64,000 bases of DNA, taken from positions 208 through 64,207 of the forward strand of contig JBAUIH010000209.1 in NCBI GenBank assembly GCA_049682755.1. Reading direction: 5' to 3'. The position numbers and the translations under genes are program-made. The notes below the pieces were generated by a model. That model saw only the letters and a list, made by a program, of their open reading frames with translations. It ran no database searches and was not told where the DNA came from. Shown piece by piece: positions 16,450 through 25,337 of the stretch (the stretch's first letter is position 1; every line of letters begins with the position of its first letter). The stretch comes from Candidatus Aminicenantales bacterium. GTDB lineage: Bacteria; Acidobacteriota; Aminicenantia; Aminicenantales; UBA8522.

Positions 16450-18902
16450 TTAGGGTCGAATCTATCACAATCAGTGAGTTTCGCGGAATCCGAAACTTGA
16501 CGCTGGATCTTAACGAAAAGAGCTTTGCTGTTTGTGGCCCAAACGGCACGGGAAAGAGCGGGGTGGTTGACGCCTTGGAGTTCGCGCTGACCGGAAATGT
16601 ATCCCGGCTCTCTGGAGAGGGCAGAGGTGAAGTTTCCCTGAAACAGCACGGACCCCACGTGGACAGACGGAATGATCCTGACAGGGCCCGCGTGAGATTA
16701 AAGATCACAATCCCAAGCCTGAATAAGTCCGTCACTATCGAGCGCAGCTTAAAGAATCCGGGGGCTGCCCAAGTGGCGCCGGCCGAGCCCTTAGTATTTG
16801 ACGTACTTCGTCAGGTTGAGGCGCATCCCGAGATTGTGCTTTCGCGCAGGGAGTTGATACGCTACGTTCTTGCTACGCCCGGCAAACGCGCCGAGGAAGT
16901 TCAGGCGCTGCTCCACCTTGACCAAGTCGAACAGGTCAGAGGTGTTCTGCAGAAAATCGCGAATGCCTGCGAGAAGCAACTAGGTCCTCTGAGCGCAGCG
17001 GCCAAAGAAGCCGGCGATAATTTGTTGCGTGCACTGGGGATTTCCGAATTGGTAAAGGAAAAGGTGCTGGCCGCGACAAACACCCAGCGGGCGAGTCTTG
17101 GTCTCCCTCCACTGACAGACCTGACTGAAACAACATCCCTCAAGGACGGGATGGCGACACCGGCACCGGCTCAGCCTCGCCGCATCTCCAAGGTCCAAGC
17201 CCTCACTGATATTCGAGCCACCCGTGAGGTTCTCTCAGAAATTGCCAGCGAGGAAACAAGAAACCTTGTTACTGAAGTGATATCTGATCTCAATACGCTT
17301 GCTGCGGATCCAGCAATTGTTGCAGGCTTGAAACGAGAAGCTTTCTTTGCCACCGGGATGGAACTGGCTGAGACAGGAGCCTGTCCTCTTTGCGATACAC
17401 CATGGGACCTTATTGAACTAAAGAAATACATTCAGGCCAAGATCGATTATATGAAAGAGCTATCGCGTAAGCGCGGAGCGGCAGAAAAAAAGATTGCTCC
17501 GCTTATCGTAACACTGCGCAAGGTGAAGGCTGGAATGGAAACACTGATCGGTTACGGCGAGTTCGCAACTCCGACGTTGGTTATGAAAACTGCCCGAGCC
17601 TATACTAGCGATTGCGCAAATGCGGTCGATAGGCTAACGGCCTTACTTCCACTTGATGAAGCGACCAAGGTGCTCAGGAATGTGCCGATCATCCAGCAAA
17701 CTGTTCTAGACTCCATAAGAGAGCTTGAACAAGTGGTTGTTGCGCTCCCTGAGCCAACAAAGCTGGACGCAGCAAGGGATTGGCTTGCCGTCGCGCAAGA
17801 GAGACTTGAGAAATGGCGCGATGTCATGCGGAAAAATAAGACCGCCAGGGAACAAGCCCAGAGAACACGACAAGTATCTGATATTTATGCTGCCTCCAGC
17901 GATAAAGTTCTCGCAGGGATCTATGCAAGTGTGGAAAAGGACTTTTCTTTGCTTTACAGCTTCCTTAACCGCGAGGACGAAGAAAAGTTTAATGCTAAAC
18001 TAATTCCGTCATTAGGAAAGCTCGGCTTCGATGTTGACTTTTACGGACGTGGCTTTTTCCCGCCCGGTGCTTATCACAGTGAAGGCCATCAAGATAGCAT
18101 GGGCGTATGTTTATACCTAGCATTGATGAAACACCTCCAAGGCGAGAACTTTACTTTGGCTGTGCTTGACGACGTCCTTATGTCGGTGGACACGGGCCAT
18201 CGGCGGGAGGTCTGTTCCCTATTAAAGAAGGAATTTCCGAACACTCAATTCGTAATTACCACACATGACCCCATCTGGCTGCGTCACCTGAAAACCGAAG
18301 GTATTATTGGAGGAAAATCATCGGTGCATTTCAGAAAGTGGAGCATTAACCAGGGGCCGACACGATGGGATATGCGGGATGTATGGAGTGAGATCGAGGA
18401 ATCCATAGAGGAAAACGACATACGTGCAGCCGCCTCACTCCTCAGGTATTACCTTGAGTATGAGTCGGCTGAACTATGTCAGAGGTTGCGCGCCCTAGTT
18501 GAGTTTCGTGGCGATGCACAATATCAACTTGGCGATCTTCTTCCCCCAGCGATCATTCGGATGCGCAATCTTTTTCGTCAAGGGAAGGCTGCTGCCAATT
18601 CCTGGAACCAGAAGGAGATAATCGAACAGCTTGCCACACGCGAGGCCGAATTCGCTAAGGTGGCGACGGCCTCAAGAGTTGAGCAATGGCAAATGAACGC
18701 ATCGATACACTATAACTCCTGGGACAACCTATGCAAAGAGGACTTTGTACCTGTAGCGAAAGCGTTCCGGGACCTCCTCCAAGGATATATGTGCCGGGAT
18801 TGTGGAGAGTATCTCCGTGTCTCCCCAGAACGTAATGCAGGCGAGTCGATCCGTTGCGAATGCGGGAAAACTACGTTTAACCTCCTTGGAAAAAGCGGGT
18901 AG
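16446..18902 (+). CDS. SMC/Rad50-like ABC ATPase with CxxC zinc hook and C-terminal R-x3-E...H + 4-Cys ribbon tail (RloC-like)
   Basis: Walker A GPNGTGKS (aa 31-38). Signature-like YHSEGHQDS (543-551). Walker B LAVLDDVLMSVD (571-582). ITTHD (604-608). CPLC at aa 313-316, midway through the helical insert. Tail motifs LLRYYLEYE, NASIHYNSW and CRDC-x17-CEC. Confidence 0.85.
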   Translation: MIRVESITISEFRGIRNLTLDLNEKSFAVCGPNGTGKSGVVDALEFALTGNVSRLSGEGRGEVSLKQHGPHVDRRNDPDRARVRLKITIPSLNKSVTIERSLKNPGAAQVAPAEPLVFDVLRQVEAHPEIVLSRRELIRYVLATPGKRAEEVQALLHLDQVEQVRGVLQKIANACEKQLGPLSAAAKEAGDNLLRALGISELVKEKVLAATNTQRASLGLPPLTDLTETTSLKDGMATPAPAQPRRISKVQALTDIRATREVLSEIASEETRNLVTEVISDLNTLAADPAIVAGLKREAFFATGMELAETGACPLCDTPWDLIELKKYIQAKIDYMKELSRKRGAAEKKIAPLIVTLRKVKAGMETLIGYGEFATPTLVMKTARAYTSDCANAVDRLTALLPLDEATKVLRNVPIIQQTVLDSIRELEQVVVALPEPTKLDAARDWLAVAQERLEKWRDVMRKNKTAREQAQRTRQVSDIYAASSDKVLAGIYASVEKDFSLLYSFLNREDEEKFNAKLIPSLGKLGFDVDFYGRGFFPPGAYHSEGHQDSMGVCLYLALMKHLQGENFTLAVLDDVLMSVDTGHRREVCSLLKKEFPNTQFVITTHDPIWLRHLKTEGIIGGKSSVHFRKWSINQGPTRWDMRDVWSEIEESIEENDIRAAASLLRYYLEYESAELCQRLRALVEFRGDAQYQLGDLLPPAIIRMRNLFRQGKAAANSWNQKEIIEQLATREAEFAKVATASRVEQWQMNASIHYNSWDNLCKEDFVPVAKAFRDLLQGYMCRDCGEYLRVSPERNAGESIRCECGKTTFNLLGKSG

Positions 18903-19048
18903 TCGAGGAAAGTCGGCGACCTAAAAATCTTGCTGGCTGACGGGACGCCCCCTATGGGCTATATGGCTTATCCATGTGATGAAGCCGGAACTATTATTCC
19001 CTATTAATAACTCAGTTAGCAGGGCAAATCATCCCAATACGAAAACTT

Positions 19049-19705
19049 TTATTCCTGCTCTACGAGTTCGCAATAATCCGCTGCCATTTCAGGTATAATC
19101 TCCTCAAGAATGTCGCAAAATAATCCTGATAATTCGGTTAGCTTTTTCGCTAGGATCTTAAATTTATCTACATATGATAAATCCTCACCTTTTACTAAGC
19201 CCACAATAAATCGAAGATTCAGGCTATCGGCCAACAGAAATCGCATATCCTTTACTTGTTCAGTATTCCCTGCCAAGAAGATCATGTCTTCATTCTCACG
19301 AATGCAATCATCAATAAACTCAGCCAATTCATGAGTGATGACTTGCTTGTCGAAATGAAAAGCAACTTTCCTGCGAATATTGTGTAATATTTCATTAATA
19401 AATGAATTATCTCTATCTGCGAGCTTTTCAATTTTCTCAATGTTTTTTTTGTACGATTCCAAATATTTCAGGCTCTCCCCTAAGGTATTAAACTTTTTTA
19501 TTCCTTCATAGAGCACGGCGGCATGATTTATAACCAGATTAAGCTGAAGATTTGTGTCGAAATCTCCCCTTTCACTTAGCAGTGCATAAATTACTTTGTT
19601 ATACTGGATTGCGCTTAATATCCTACATAGTTGGATCGATTCAAGAAAACGTGGCTCCGTTTTTAATAATGGCAAGGATTCTTTTTTTGCTCGCAGCCGT
19701 ATCAT
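19049..19705 (-). CDS. Hypothetical protein with HEPN-like Rx4-6H motif (possible divergent AbiU2-like)
   Basis: Strong SD (GGGAGGAcaaaATG). This is the most AT-rich gene in the window. IRRKVAFHFD (R-x4/5-H) and LNLVINHAAVLYEGI parallel INLLNKAAPLFFRII / RNRYIAHRD in 14126-14815. Confidence 0.55.
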   Translation of the reverse strand: MIRLRAKKESLPLLKTEPRFLESIQLCRILSAIQYNKVIYALLSERGDFDTNLQLNLVINHAAVLYEGIKKFNTLGESLKYLESYKKNIEKIEKLADRDNSFINEILHNIRRKVAFHFDKQVITHELAEFIDDCIRENEDMIFLAGNTEQVKDMRFLLADSLNLRFIVGLVKGEDLSYVDKFKILAKKLTELSGLFCDILEEIIPEMAADYCELVEQE

Positions 19706-19781
19706 TTTGTCCTCCCGGAGATTGACCAGAATGCACTTATTTTTTGATGCGCAATATTTAATTTATTAAAATCCTTTTGGT

Positions 19782-21146
19782 CTAGGAAAGATCACGGACG
19801 TCGATCTTTCCCGTCACAGCTGCAGAAACGATTGCCGTGCGGTATTCCTTGAGGCGGTCGATTGCTTCCCGAATCGTTGACACGAGTATAGCGATCCTTG
19901 TCGTTTCTCTATTAAGAAAAGATATTATTGTCCCTTGTTGTGCGGCTGACGGCAGAGGTATTAAGGTATCGGCGATCAACTCGATTTCTAAGCTCTCGAC
20001 TGTTGCGCCCTCTTTTCTCCAGGCGATTAAGAGAGGAGATTGCATGCCTGAAATAAAGTAAGCCAAGTATTCCGGGACAACTGCGGCATCAGCTTGCAAA
20101 GCCTTAAGGTCTTGATTTAGCGTGATCTCAGAACCCGATAATCCGACGGGAATACTATGATTAAGGATTCCAGAGCGAACCACGATTAGCACGGTGCCAG
20201 CGGCAATAATCCTTGTCGCACTCCTGGCGACAGCTTCTTCAGTAATCTTATCGATAGTATCCGAGACGATCCATCTCTTCATGTCCTTCGGTGAAACCCA
20301 TGGAATTTCACCTTGCCAATAGTCTAAATTATCTTTGCTCGGAGTACCACCTCCCAAGAAACGAACGATATGTTTCAGCCTTATCATCCGCCAGCCAGCA
20401 GGGATCTTCCCCAGCCATTCGATGCCGGAGTCTTTCATGGGGACGTTTGGGTCGAGGCCTTTGGTGACGGCTTGGGTGATGAGGGCAGTGCGCTTTTCCT
20501 GATGGAGTTCGATCAATCGCTCCTTTTTCGCTATGAGCGCATCGATCTTCGCCGCCTGGCCATTAAGGAAGAATACGATGGCCTTTTGTTCTTCTATTGG
20601 GGGTAGCAGTACAGGGAGGGATTCTACCTTTTCAGCGGTAAAATGACTGATCGTGGCTCTACTGCAGAGCATATCTATGTAGCCTGAGTGTTTGAGTGCA
20701 TAGAGCCAATAGTATAGGTAATCTGTAAGGTCTATTCCTTTTGCGCGGACCCGATTGATTGCATTTTGATAGTAGCATGGCATAATTTCGCCGCGCCAGA
20801 TTGCCGATCGACCTACGTCTCCACCTTCGCTTATAAGAAGATCTCCGGCGCAGAGCGCTAACCCGTCCTTTTCGCTTGAAGAGATCCACATGTGCTTCAC
20901 ATCTTCTATGCTTACTCCATTCCAGGCAAGATTCGCAGCACGGAGGTAGGGCTCTAGCGAGTCATCGGACCTTAGAGGTTCATTTTGAAGCATTTTTCCT
21001 AAGTTGACGTCAAAACTCCTTTTTAAAGGAGCCATGGTCCAGCCGCTCGGGATCTCTGTTAACCACTCGGCGCCGGAATCTTTGTATTCTGGGTACGGTT
21101 TAAACCTTCGGCCGGTAATTTTGGGAAAAGATGGTGCTCCCCCCAT
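19782..21146 (-). CDS. hsdS: Type I R-M specificity subunit
   Basis: Two TRD-like halves are separated by the conserved helical spacer LPPIEEQKAIVFFLNGQAAKIDALIAKKERLIELHQEKRTALITQAVTKG. A second copy of the spacer lies at the C-terminus (LPLPSAAQQGTIISFLNRETTRI...AAVTGKIDV). Confidence 0.9.
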   Translation of the reverse strand: MGGAPSFPKITGRRFKPYPEYKDSGAEWLTEIPSGWTMAPLKRSFDVNLGKMLQNEPLRSDDSLEPYLRAANLAWNGVSIEDVKHMWISSSEKDGLALCAGDLLISEGGDVGRSAIWRGEIMPCYYQNAINRVRAKGIDLTDYLYYWLYALKHSGYIDMLCSRATISHFTAEKVESLPVLLPPIEEQKAIVFFLNGQAAKIDALIAKKERLIELHQEKRTALITQAVTKGLDPNVPMKDSGIEWLGKIPAGWRMIRLKHIVRFLGGGTPSKDNLDYWQGEIPWVSPKDMKRWIVSDTIDKITEEAVARSATRIIAAGTVLIVVRSGILNHSIPVGLSGSEITLNQDLKALQADAAVVPEYLAYFISGMQSPLLIAWRKEGATVESLEIELIADTLIPLPSAAQQGTIISFLNRETTRIAILVSTIREAIDRLKEYRTAIVSAAVTGKIDVRDLS

Positions 21147-21147
21147 G

Positions 21148-21519
21148 CTATATGAGTATCCTCTTAATTGAACCTTCGCCCATGTCTATGACGATTGAGC
21201 AGAAACGCACGTTGAAAAATTGCTTGAATGTCTTAAACGAGAGGTCCTTCGGCCATAGACTGGAATCGATACACCAGTCGTTAAGTTCAATCTCAAATAT
21301 TTTCCTGAAGTTTTTTTCGAGCCAAGGATCCGGATTGCTATCGATTTCGGGTATCAGGTATGCAGACGAGTCTTCCAGGAGCTCGTCCAACGTCAGTGTT
21401 GGGTATTCGTCGGGGAATTTCCTCGCCCATTCCAGAAAAGCGGTCGTCGGTTCAATTAGGAGGACAAACCTGTTTATCGTTGGCAGGTCATGGATGGACG
21501 TTTCAAGCTGAGAATTCAT
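21148..21519 (-). CDS. Hypothetical 123-aa protein wedged between hsdM and hsdS
   Basis: The ATG at 21519 lies 35 nt after the hsdM stop. Its TAG stop ends 1 nt before the hsdS ATG. Sequence MNSQLETSIHDLPTINRFVLLIEP...WPKDLSFKTFKQFFNV; I recognise no family. The longer ORF-track version (to 21822) overlaps hsdM and is rejected. Confidence 0.6.
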   Translation of the reverse strand: MNSQLETSIHDLPTINRFVLLIEPTTAFLEWARKFPDEYPTLTLDELLEDSSAYLIPEIDSNPDPWLEKNFRKIFEIELNDWCIDSSLWPKDLSFKTFKQFFNVRFCSIVIDMGEGSIKRILI

Positions 21520-21554
21520 GGCGTCAATCCCTGGGGCACCTTTAGCCTTTCTGT

Positions 21555-23657
21555 TCAATTCTTCATTTCCTCGAGCATTCGCATTATGTCCTGTTCGATG
21601 GCACGGATATCCGCCTCGATTTCTTCGAGTGGACGCGGCGGCGTGTACTTGTAGAAGTATCGGTTGAAGTTGATCTCGTAGCCGATGATACCCACCAGGC
21701 CGTCCTTGGCGTCGCGCCTGGAGGTGTCGATCCAGGCGTCGGGGACGTGAGGCTTTACTTCGCGCTCGAAGAAGGCGTGAACGCTGGACGGGACGCCTCG
21801 TTCGTCTGCCGGGTCGGCCCAATCCAAGAGCGAAACGCTCTCGGTATCGCGCAGATCAGGGTCGGGTTCCGGATTCCCGTCTTTGTCCAGGCAGGTCGAG
21901 GCGGTTTCATCCCGCTCGGACAGGGCCGAGAGGACTGCCTTCAGAATCGGCGTCGGGAGCTTAAGGCCGGCTTTTCTTGCCGCGCCTTGGAGAAAAGCCA
22001 GAAATGCTTCCCTGTCCTTATAAAGCGTGGCCGGAAGAGAACGGAGGAGGACGAGGATTGCTTTCTGAAATTTCCTGCCGTCCTCCTCCTCCCTGGCGGC
22101 GGCTTCGCCTTTCTTTTTGGACTGCGCCAGGCCCTGGAAGGCCTTTTCCTCCTCGAGCCGCGCGATTCGCTCTGCGCTTGCCTGGAAATTGAGCTTAAGC
22201 GGTCGCTCGACCGTGATCTTCCGGAAACCGAAGTGCGTCGTCGGATAAATCTTGACGAACTCGCCTTCTTCAAACGAGCGCAAGAGCCGCAGGATCTCTC
22301 CTGCCTTTTCGGGGGGAACTTCACGTCTCTTGTCGCCGAGACTCTTCCTCATCGGTGACCAGAAGGAGGTGGCATCGATGAGTTGGACTTTGCCCTTTCG
22401 CTCCGGAGCTTTGCGGTTGGTGAGCACCCAGACATAGGTGGCGATACCCGTGTTGTAAAAAAGCTGCTCCGGAAGGGCGACCAGGGCCTCGAGCCAATCG
22501 TTCTCTAGGATGAAGCGGCGGATCTCGCTCTCGCCGCTCCCGGCGTCGCCGGTGAAGAGGGGTGACCCGTTCATGATGATGGCCAGGCGCGAGCCGCCGT
22601 CCTTCTGTTCCTTCATGTGGGCCAGCATGTGGAGGAGGAACAGAAGCTGGCCGTCGCTGATCCGCGGCAAGCCCGGGCCGAACCGGCCGGATAGACCGCG
22701 CTCGTGCTCGGTGACCACGGCTTCCTCGTCGCGCTTCCAATCCTTTCCGTAGGGAGGGTTGGTGATCAGGTAATCGAAGTTGCGGCCGGCATGACGGTCG
22801 TTCGAGAGTGTTGTTCCGAAGACGATGTTCTCGGCATCCCGGCCGTCGGTCGATTTCATGAACAGGTCGGACTTGCAGAGGGCGAATGTCTCGGGGTTCA
22901 CTTCCTGGCCGAAGAGGTGGATATCCGCCTCCGGGTTGATCGGCTCGCGGATGAGGGTATCGTTTTTGCGCCTGCCGGACAGGATATGACCTTTCGATAT
23001 CGTGAGCATGCCGCCCGAACCGCAGCATGGATCATACACGGTGACGACAACGCCCTGGCGCCGGATTCTATCCTCATCGCCCGCAAGGAGCAGGTCGACC
23101 ATGAGGTGGACGACATCGCGGGGGGTGAAGTGCTCGCCGGGATTCTCGTTTAGCGCTTCGTTGAACTTCCGGATCAGCTCTTCAAAAATCGTCCCCATGG
23201 TGGGATTGTCGACTTTATCGGGGTGGAGGTCGACATTCTTGAACCGTTCTAGAACCTGGAAAAGCAGCCCCGCCTCATCGAGCTTGGAGATGGTGTTGTC
23301 GAAATCGAATTTCTCGAGGACTTCGCGCATGTTCGGGCTGAAGCCGGCGATGTAATTGCGGAGGTTTGAGGCCAGGTGGGGGGCGTCGGCCAGGAGCTTG
23401 TCGAAATCGTATCGAGAGGTATTGTAAAAGGCAAACCCTGCGGCCTTGCGAAGCTGCGGGTCGAGGTTCTCGAGTTTTTTATCTTTGAGCTTGGCCTGAG
23501 TCTCGAGAACGTGCTCCTTGGTCGGCGCGAGGACACAGTCGAGTCGGCGGAGAACCGTCAACGGCAGGATCACATCCTGGTATTTGCCGCGTTTGAACGT
23601 GTCCCGGATGAGGTCGGCGACGCCCCAGAGGAAGCTGACGATTTCGCTATGATTCAA
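21555..23657 (-). CDS. hsdM: Type I R-M DNA methyltransferase subunit (N6-adenine)
   Basis: HsdM_N-type N-terminus (FLWGVADLIRD...). SAM-binding VYDPCCGSGGML. Catalytic ITNPPYG. Long C-terminal extension. TTG start with GGAG upstream. Confidence 0.95.
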   Translation of the reverse strand: MNHSEIVSFLWGVADLIRDTFKRGKYQDVILPLTVLRRLDCVLAPTKEHVLETQAKLKDKKLENLDPQLRKAAGFAFYNTSRYDFDKLLADAPHLASNLRNYIAGFSPNMREVLEKFDFDNTISKLDEAGLLFQVLERFKNVDLHPDKVDNPTMGTIFEELIRKFNEALNENPGEHFTPRDVVHLMVDLLLAGDEDRIRRQGVVVTVYDPCCGSGGMLTISKGHILSGRRKNDTLIREPINPEADIHLFGQEVNPETFALCKSDLFMKSTDGRDAENIVFGTTLSNDRHAGRNFDYLITNPPYGKDWKRDEEAVVTEHERGLSGRFGPGLPRISDGQLLFLLHMLAHMKEQKDGGSRLAIIMNGSPLFTGDAGSGESEIRRFILENDWLEALVALPEQLFYNTGIATYVWVLTNRKAPERKGKVQLIDATSFWSPMRKSLGDKRREVPPEKAGEILRLLRSFEEGEFVKIYPTTHFGFRKITVERPLKLNFQASAERIARLEEEKAFQGLAQSKKKGEAAAREEEDGRKFQKAILVLLRSLPATLYKDREAFLAFLQGAARKAGLKLPTPILKAVLSALSERDETASTCLDKDGNPEPDPDLRDTESVSLLDWADPADERGVPSSVHAFFEREVKPHVPDAWIDTSRRDAKDGLVGIIGYEINFNRYFYKYTPPRPLEEIEADIRAIEQDIMRMLEEMKN

Positions 23658-23688
23658 GATTCAAGCTCCGTTGGCCGGAATTCTATGA

Positions 23689-25128
23689 TCAATGGAAGAC
23701 GATGGCTTCGAAGACGGAGATCTCCGCGCCCTTTTTCCAGGCGTCGGGCGGGAGCCCGGCCTTGACACAGGCCTGGCCGAGAAAGGTCTCCCGGTCCCAG
23801 TTGTTCTCGACGGGAACCTGGGGAAGCAGAAGGCCGCGGTTTTTTCCCATTGAGATGACGAGGCCGTGCTTTCCCACCTGGACGATGCGGGGATTGTCGA
23901 TCTTTTGGAGCGGCGTCAACACCGAAACTTCATATTCCAAATCTTTGAGCTCTTCCTCAGTCACGGGAGTGAAGCGGTTGTCCTCGGTGGCGGCATAAAT
24001 GGCCGTTTGGATGACCGTTTCGCAGAGCGAAGCCACCGGCTCGATGAAGCCGATGCAGCCGCGGAGCTCTCCCTTCTTCCTGAGTGTCACGAACGCTCCC
24101 CTCTCGGCCAGCAAGTTCGGGTCTTCGGTCCGGAAGTCGACGATCCTTTTTTCGGTGACGAAGGTCCAGACGGCTTGCCGGGCCAGATCGAGGAGCTCCT
24201 TTTTCTCCGCGGAAGAGAGCAAGAATTCCTTGGGCGGACCCGCTTTCAGGGTGACCGCGGCGGCCAGATAGCCGACCACCCTGTCTTCGTCTCCCGAAGC
24301 ATCGGAAGAATCGGAGTAGCGCAGGACTTCGACTCGCGGCTCCCCGCTTTTTTTCAGGGCGAGGAGCGTCGCCGCCACCCCTCCTCCGCCGCACATGATG
24401 TTTTCTCCCCGGGCGCACTTGCTGAGAAGCGTGTTCGCGTTGAGGCTCTGGACGAGCGAGATGGTTCCGGCGTCCACCTTATTGGCTTCTTTTTTGGAGA
24501 GATAATGGGAGAGGTCGGTGGAGGCGACGATCAGCACTCTGTTATCACCACCGACTACCGCTAACCCCTCGGCTAACGCATTCATGTCCCGCCTGTTCGG
24601 GTAGCCCATTAAGATGGGGACGATCTTTGCCCCGGGGAGCGCTCTCTGGATGAAGGGAATCTGGACCTCGACAGAATGCTCTTCGGCATGGGCCTCGGCG
24701 ACATAGGAAAAGCCGGAAGCTTTGGCGATGCGGGCGGCAGTTTCCTCGTCCACCCGGGCGATGCCAAGCGGCGTCTCGAACCCGCCCTTGAGGTAGATCG
24801 ATCCGCCGTCGAGAGGATGACGGTGAGAGACGCCGATGATGATCACCGTCTCGTATGGTTTGCCCCGGACAAGGCGGTAGGCATAGGCCGCCGTCTGACC
24901 GGAGTAAACATATCCGGCGTGAGGGCAGATTAATGCTTTTATTTCATCGGTTATAGCCGGGAGATCTTTGACATTTTCAAGGTAGGCATCGACCTGGGCG
25001 GACAACCTGGCCTTTTCATCGTCATAAAAGGACCCCGCCCACACGGGTGCCCGCACGTCCTGCGCCCGCGCCGCCCCGGCGGTAAAACCGATGGCTATGA
25101 GAAGATAGAGACAAATCTTTTTGTTCAT
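23689..25128 (-). CDS. AmmeMemoRadiSam system protein B (Memo-like) fused to protein A (AMMECR1), with N-terminal signal peptide
   Basis: Signal-like MNKKICLYLLIAIGFTAGAARAQD. Memo motifs CPHAGYVYSG and DLSH. C-terminal AMMECR1 with LRGCIGF. Confidence 0.85.
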   Translation of the reverse strand: MNKKICLYLLIAIGFTAGAARAQDVRAPVWAGSFYDDEKARLSAQVDAYLENVKDLPAITDEIKALICPHAGYVYSGQTAAYAYRLVRGKPYETVIIIGVSHRHPLDGGSIYLKGGFETPLGIARVDEETAARIAKASGFSYVAEAHAEEHSVEVQIPFIQRALPGAKIVPILMGYPNRRDMNALAEGLAVVGGDNRVLIVASTDLSHYLSKKEANKVDAGTISLVQSLNANTLLSKCARGENIMCGGGGVAATLLALKKSGEPRVEVLRYSDSSDASGDEDRVVGYLAAAVTLKAGPPKEFLLSSAEKKELLDLARQAVWTFVTEKRIVDFRTEDPNLLAERGAFVTLRKKGELRGCIGFIEPVASLCETVIQTAIYAATEDNRFTPVTEEELKDLEYEVSVLTPLQKIDNPRIVQVGKHGLVISMGKNRGLLLPQVPVENNWDRETFLGQACVKAGLPPDAWKKGAEISVFEAIVFH

Positions 25129-25337
25129 CGTTCCCTCAAAAAAACTATATCGCGCTGCCCTCCAAAAATCAACTCACAGATTAGAGTGCTTATATTCGGC
25201 GGTCGAAGGGGAATGCGGGAATGTCTCTTGATTCTTTTCCCGGAGACACCTTTATGACTTCATTCTTATTTTATTAAACCCCCTTGCCCCCTTGAGCAAT
25301 CAAGGGGGAAAACGGTTGGTGTCTCCGGAAAGGCCGG

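Noticed and set aside
19782-21146. Phase-variable or shufflon-type hsdS system
   Set aside because: There is only one hsdS gene, no silent hsdS fragments or inverted hsdS repeats, and no recombinase in the window.
21148-21822. 224-aa version of the ORF between hsdM and hsdS
   Set aside because: Its first 101 codons overlap the 3' end of hsdM in another frame and are Arg-rich junk. The protein-like sequence begins at the internal ATG 21519, 35 nt after the hsdM stop.
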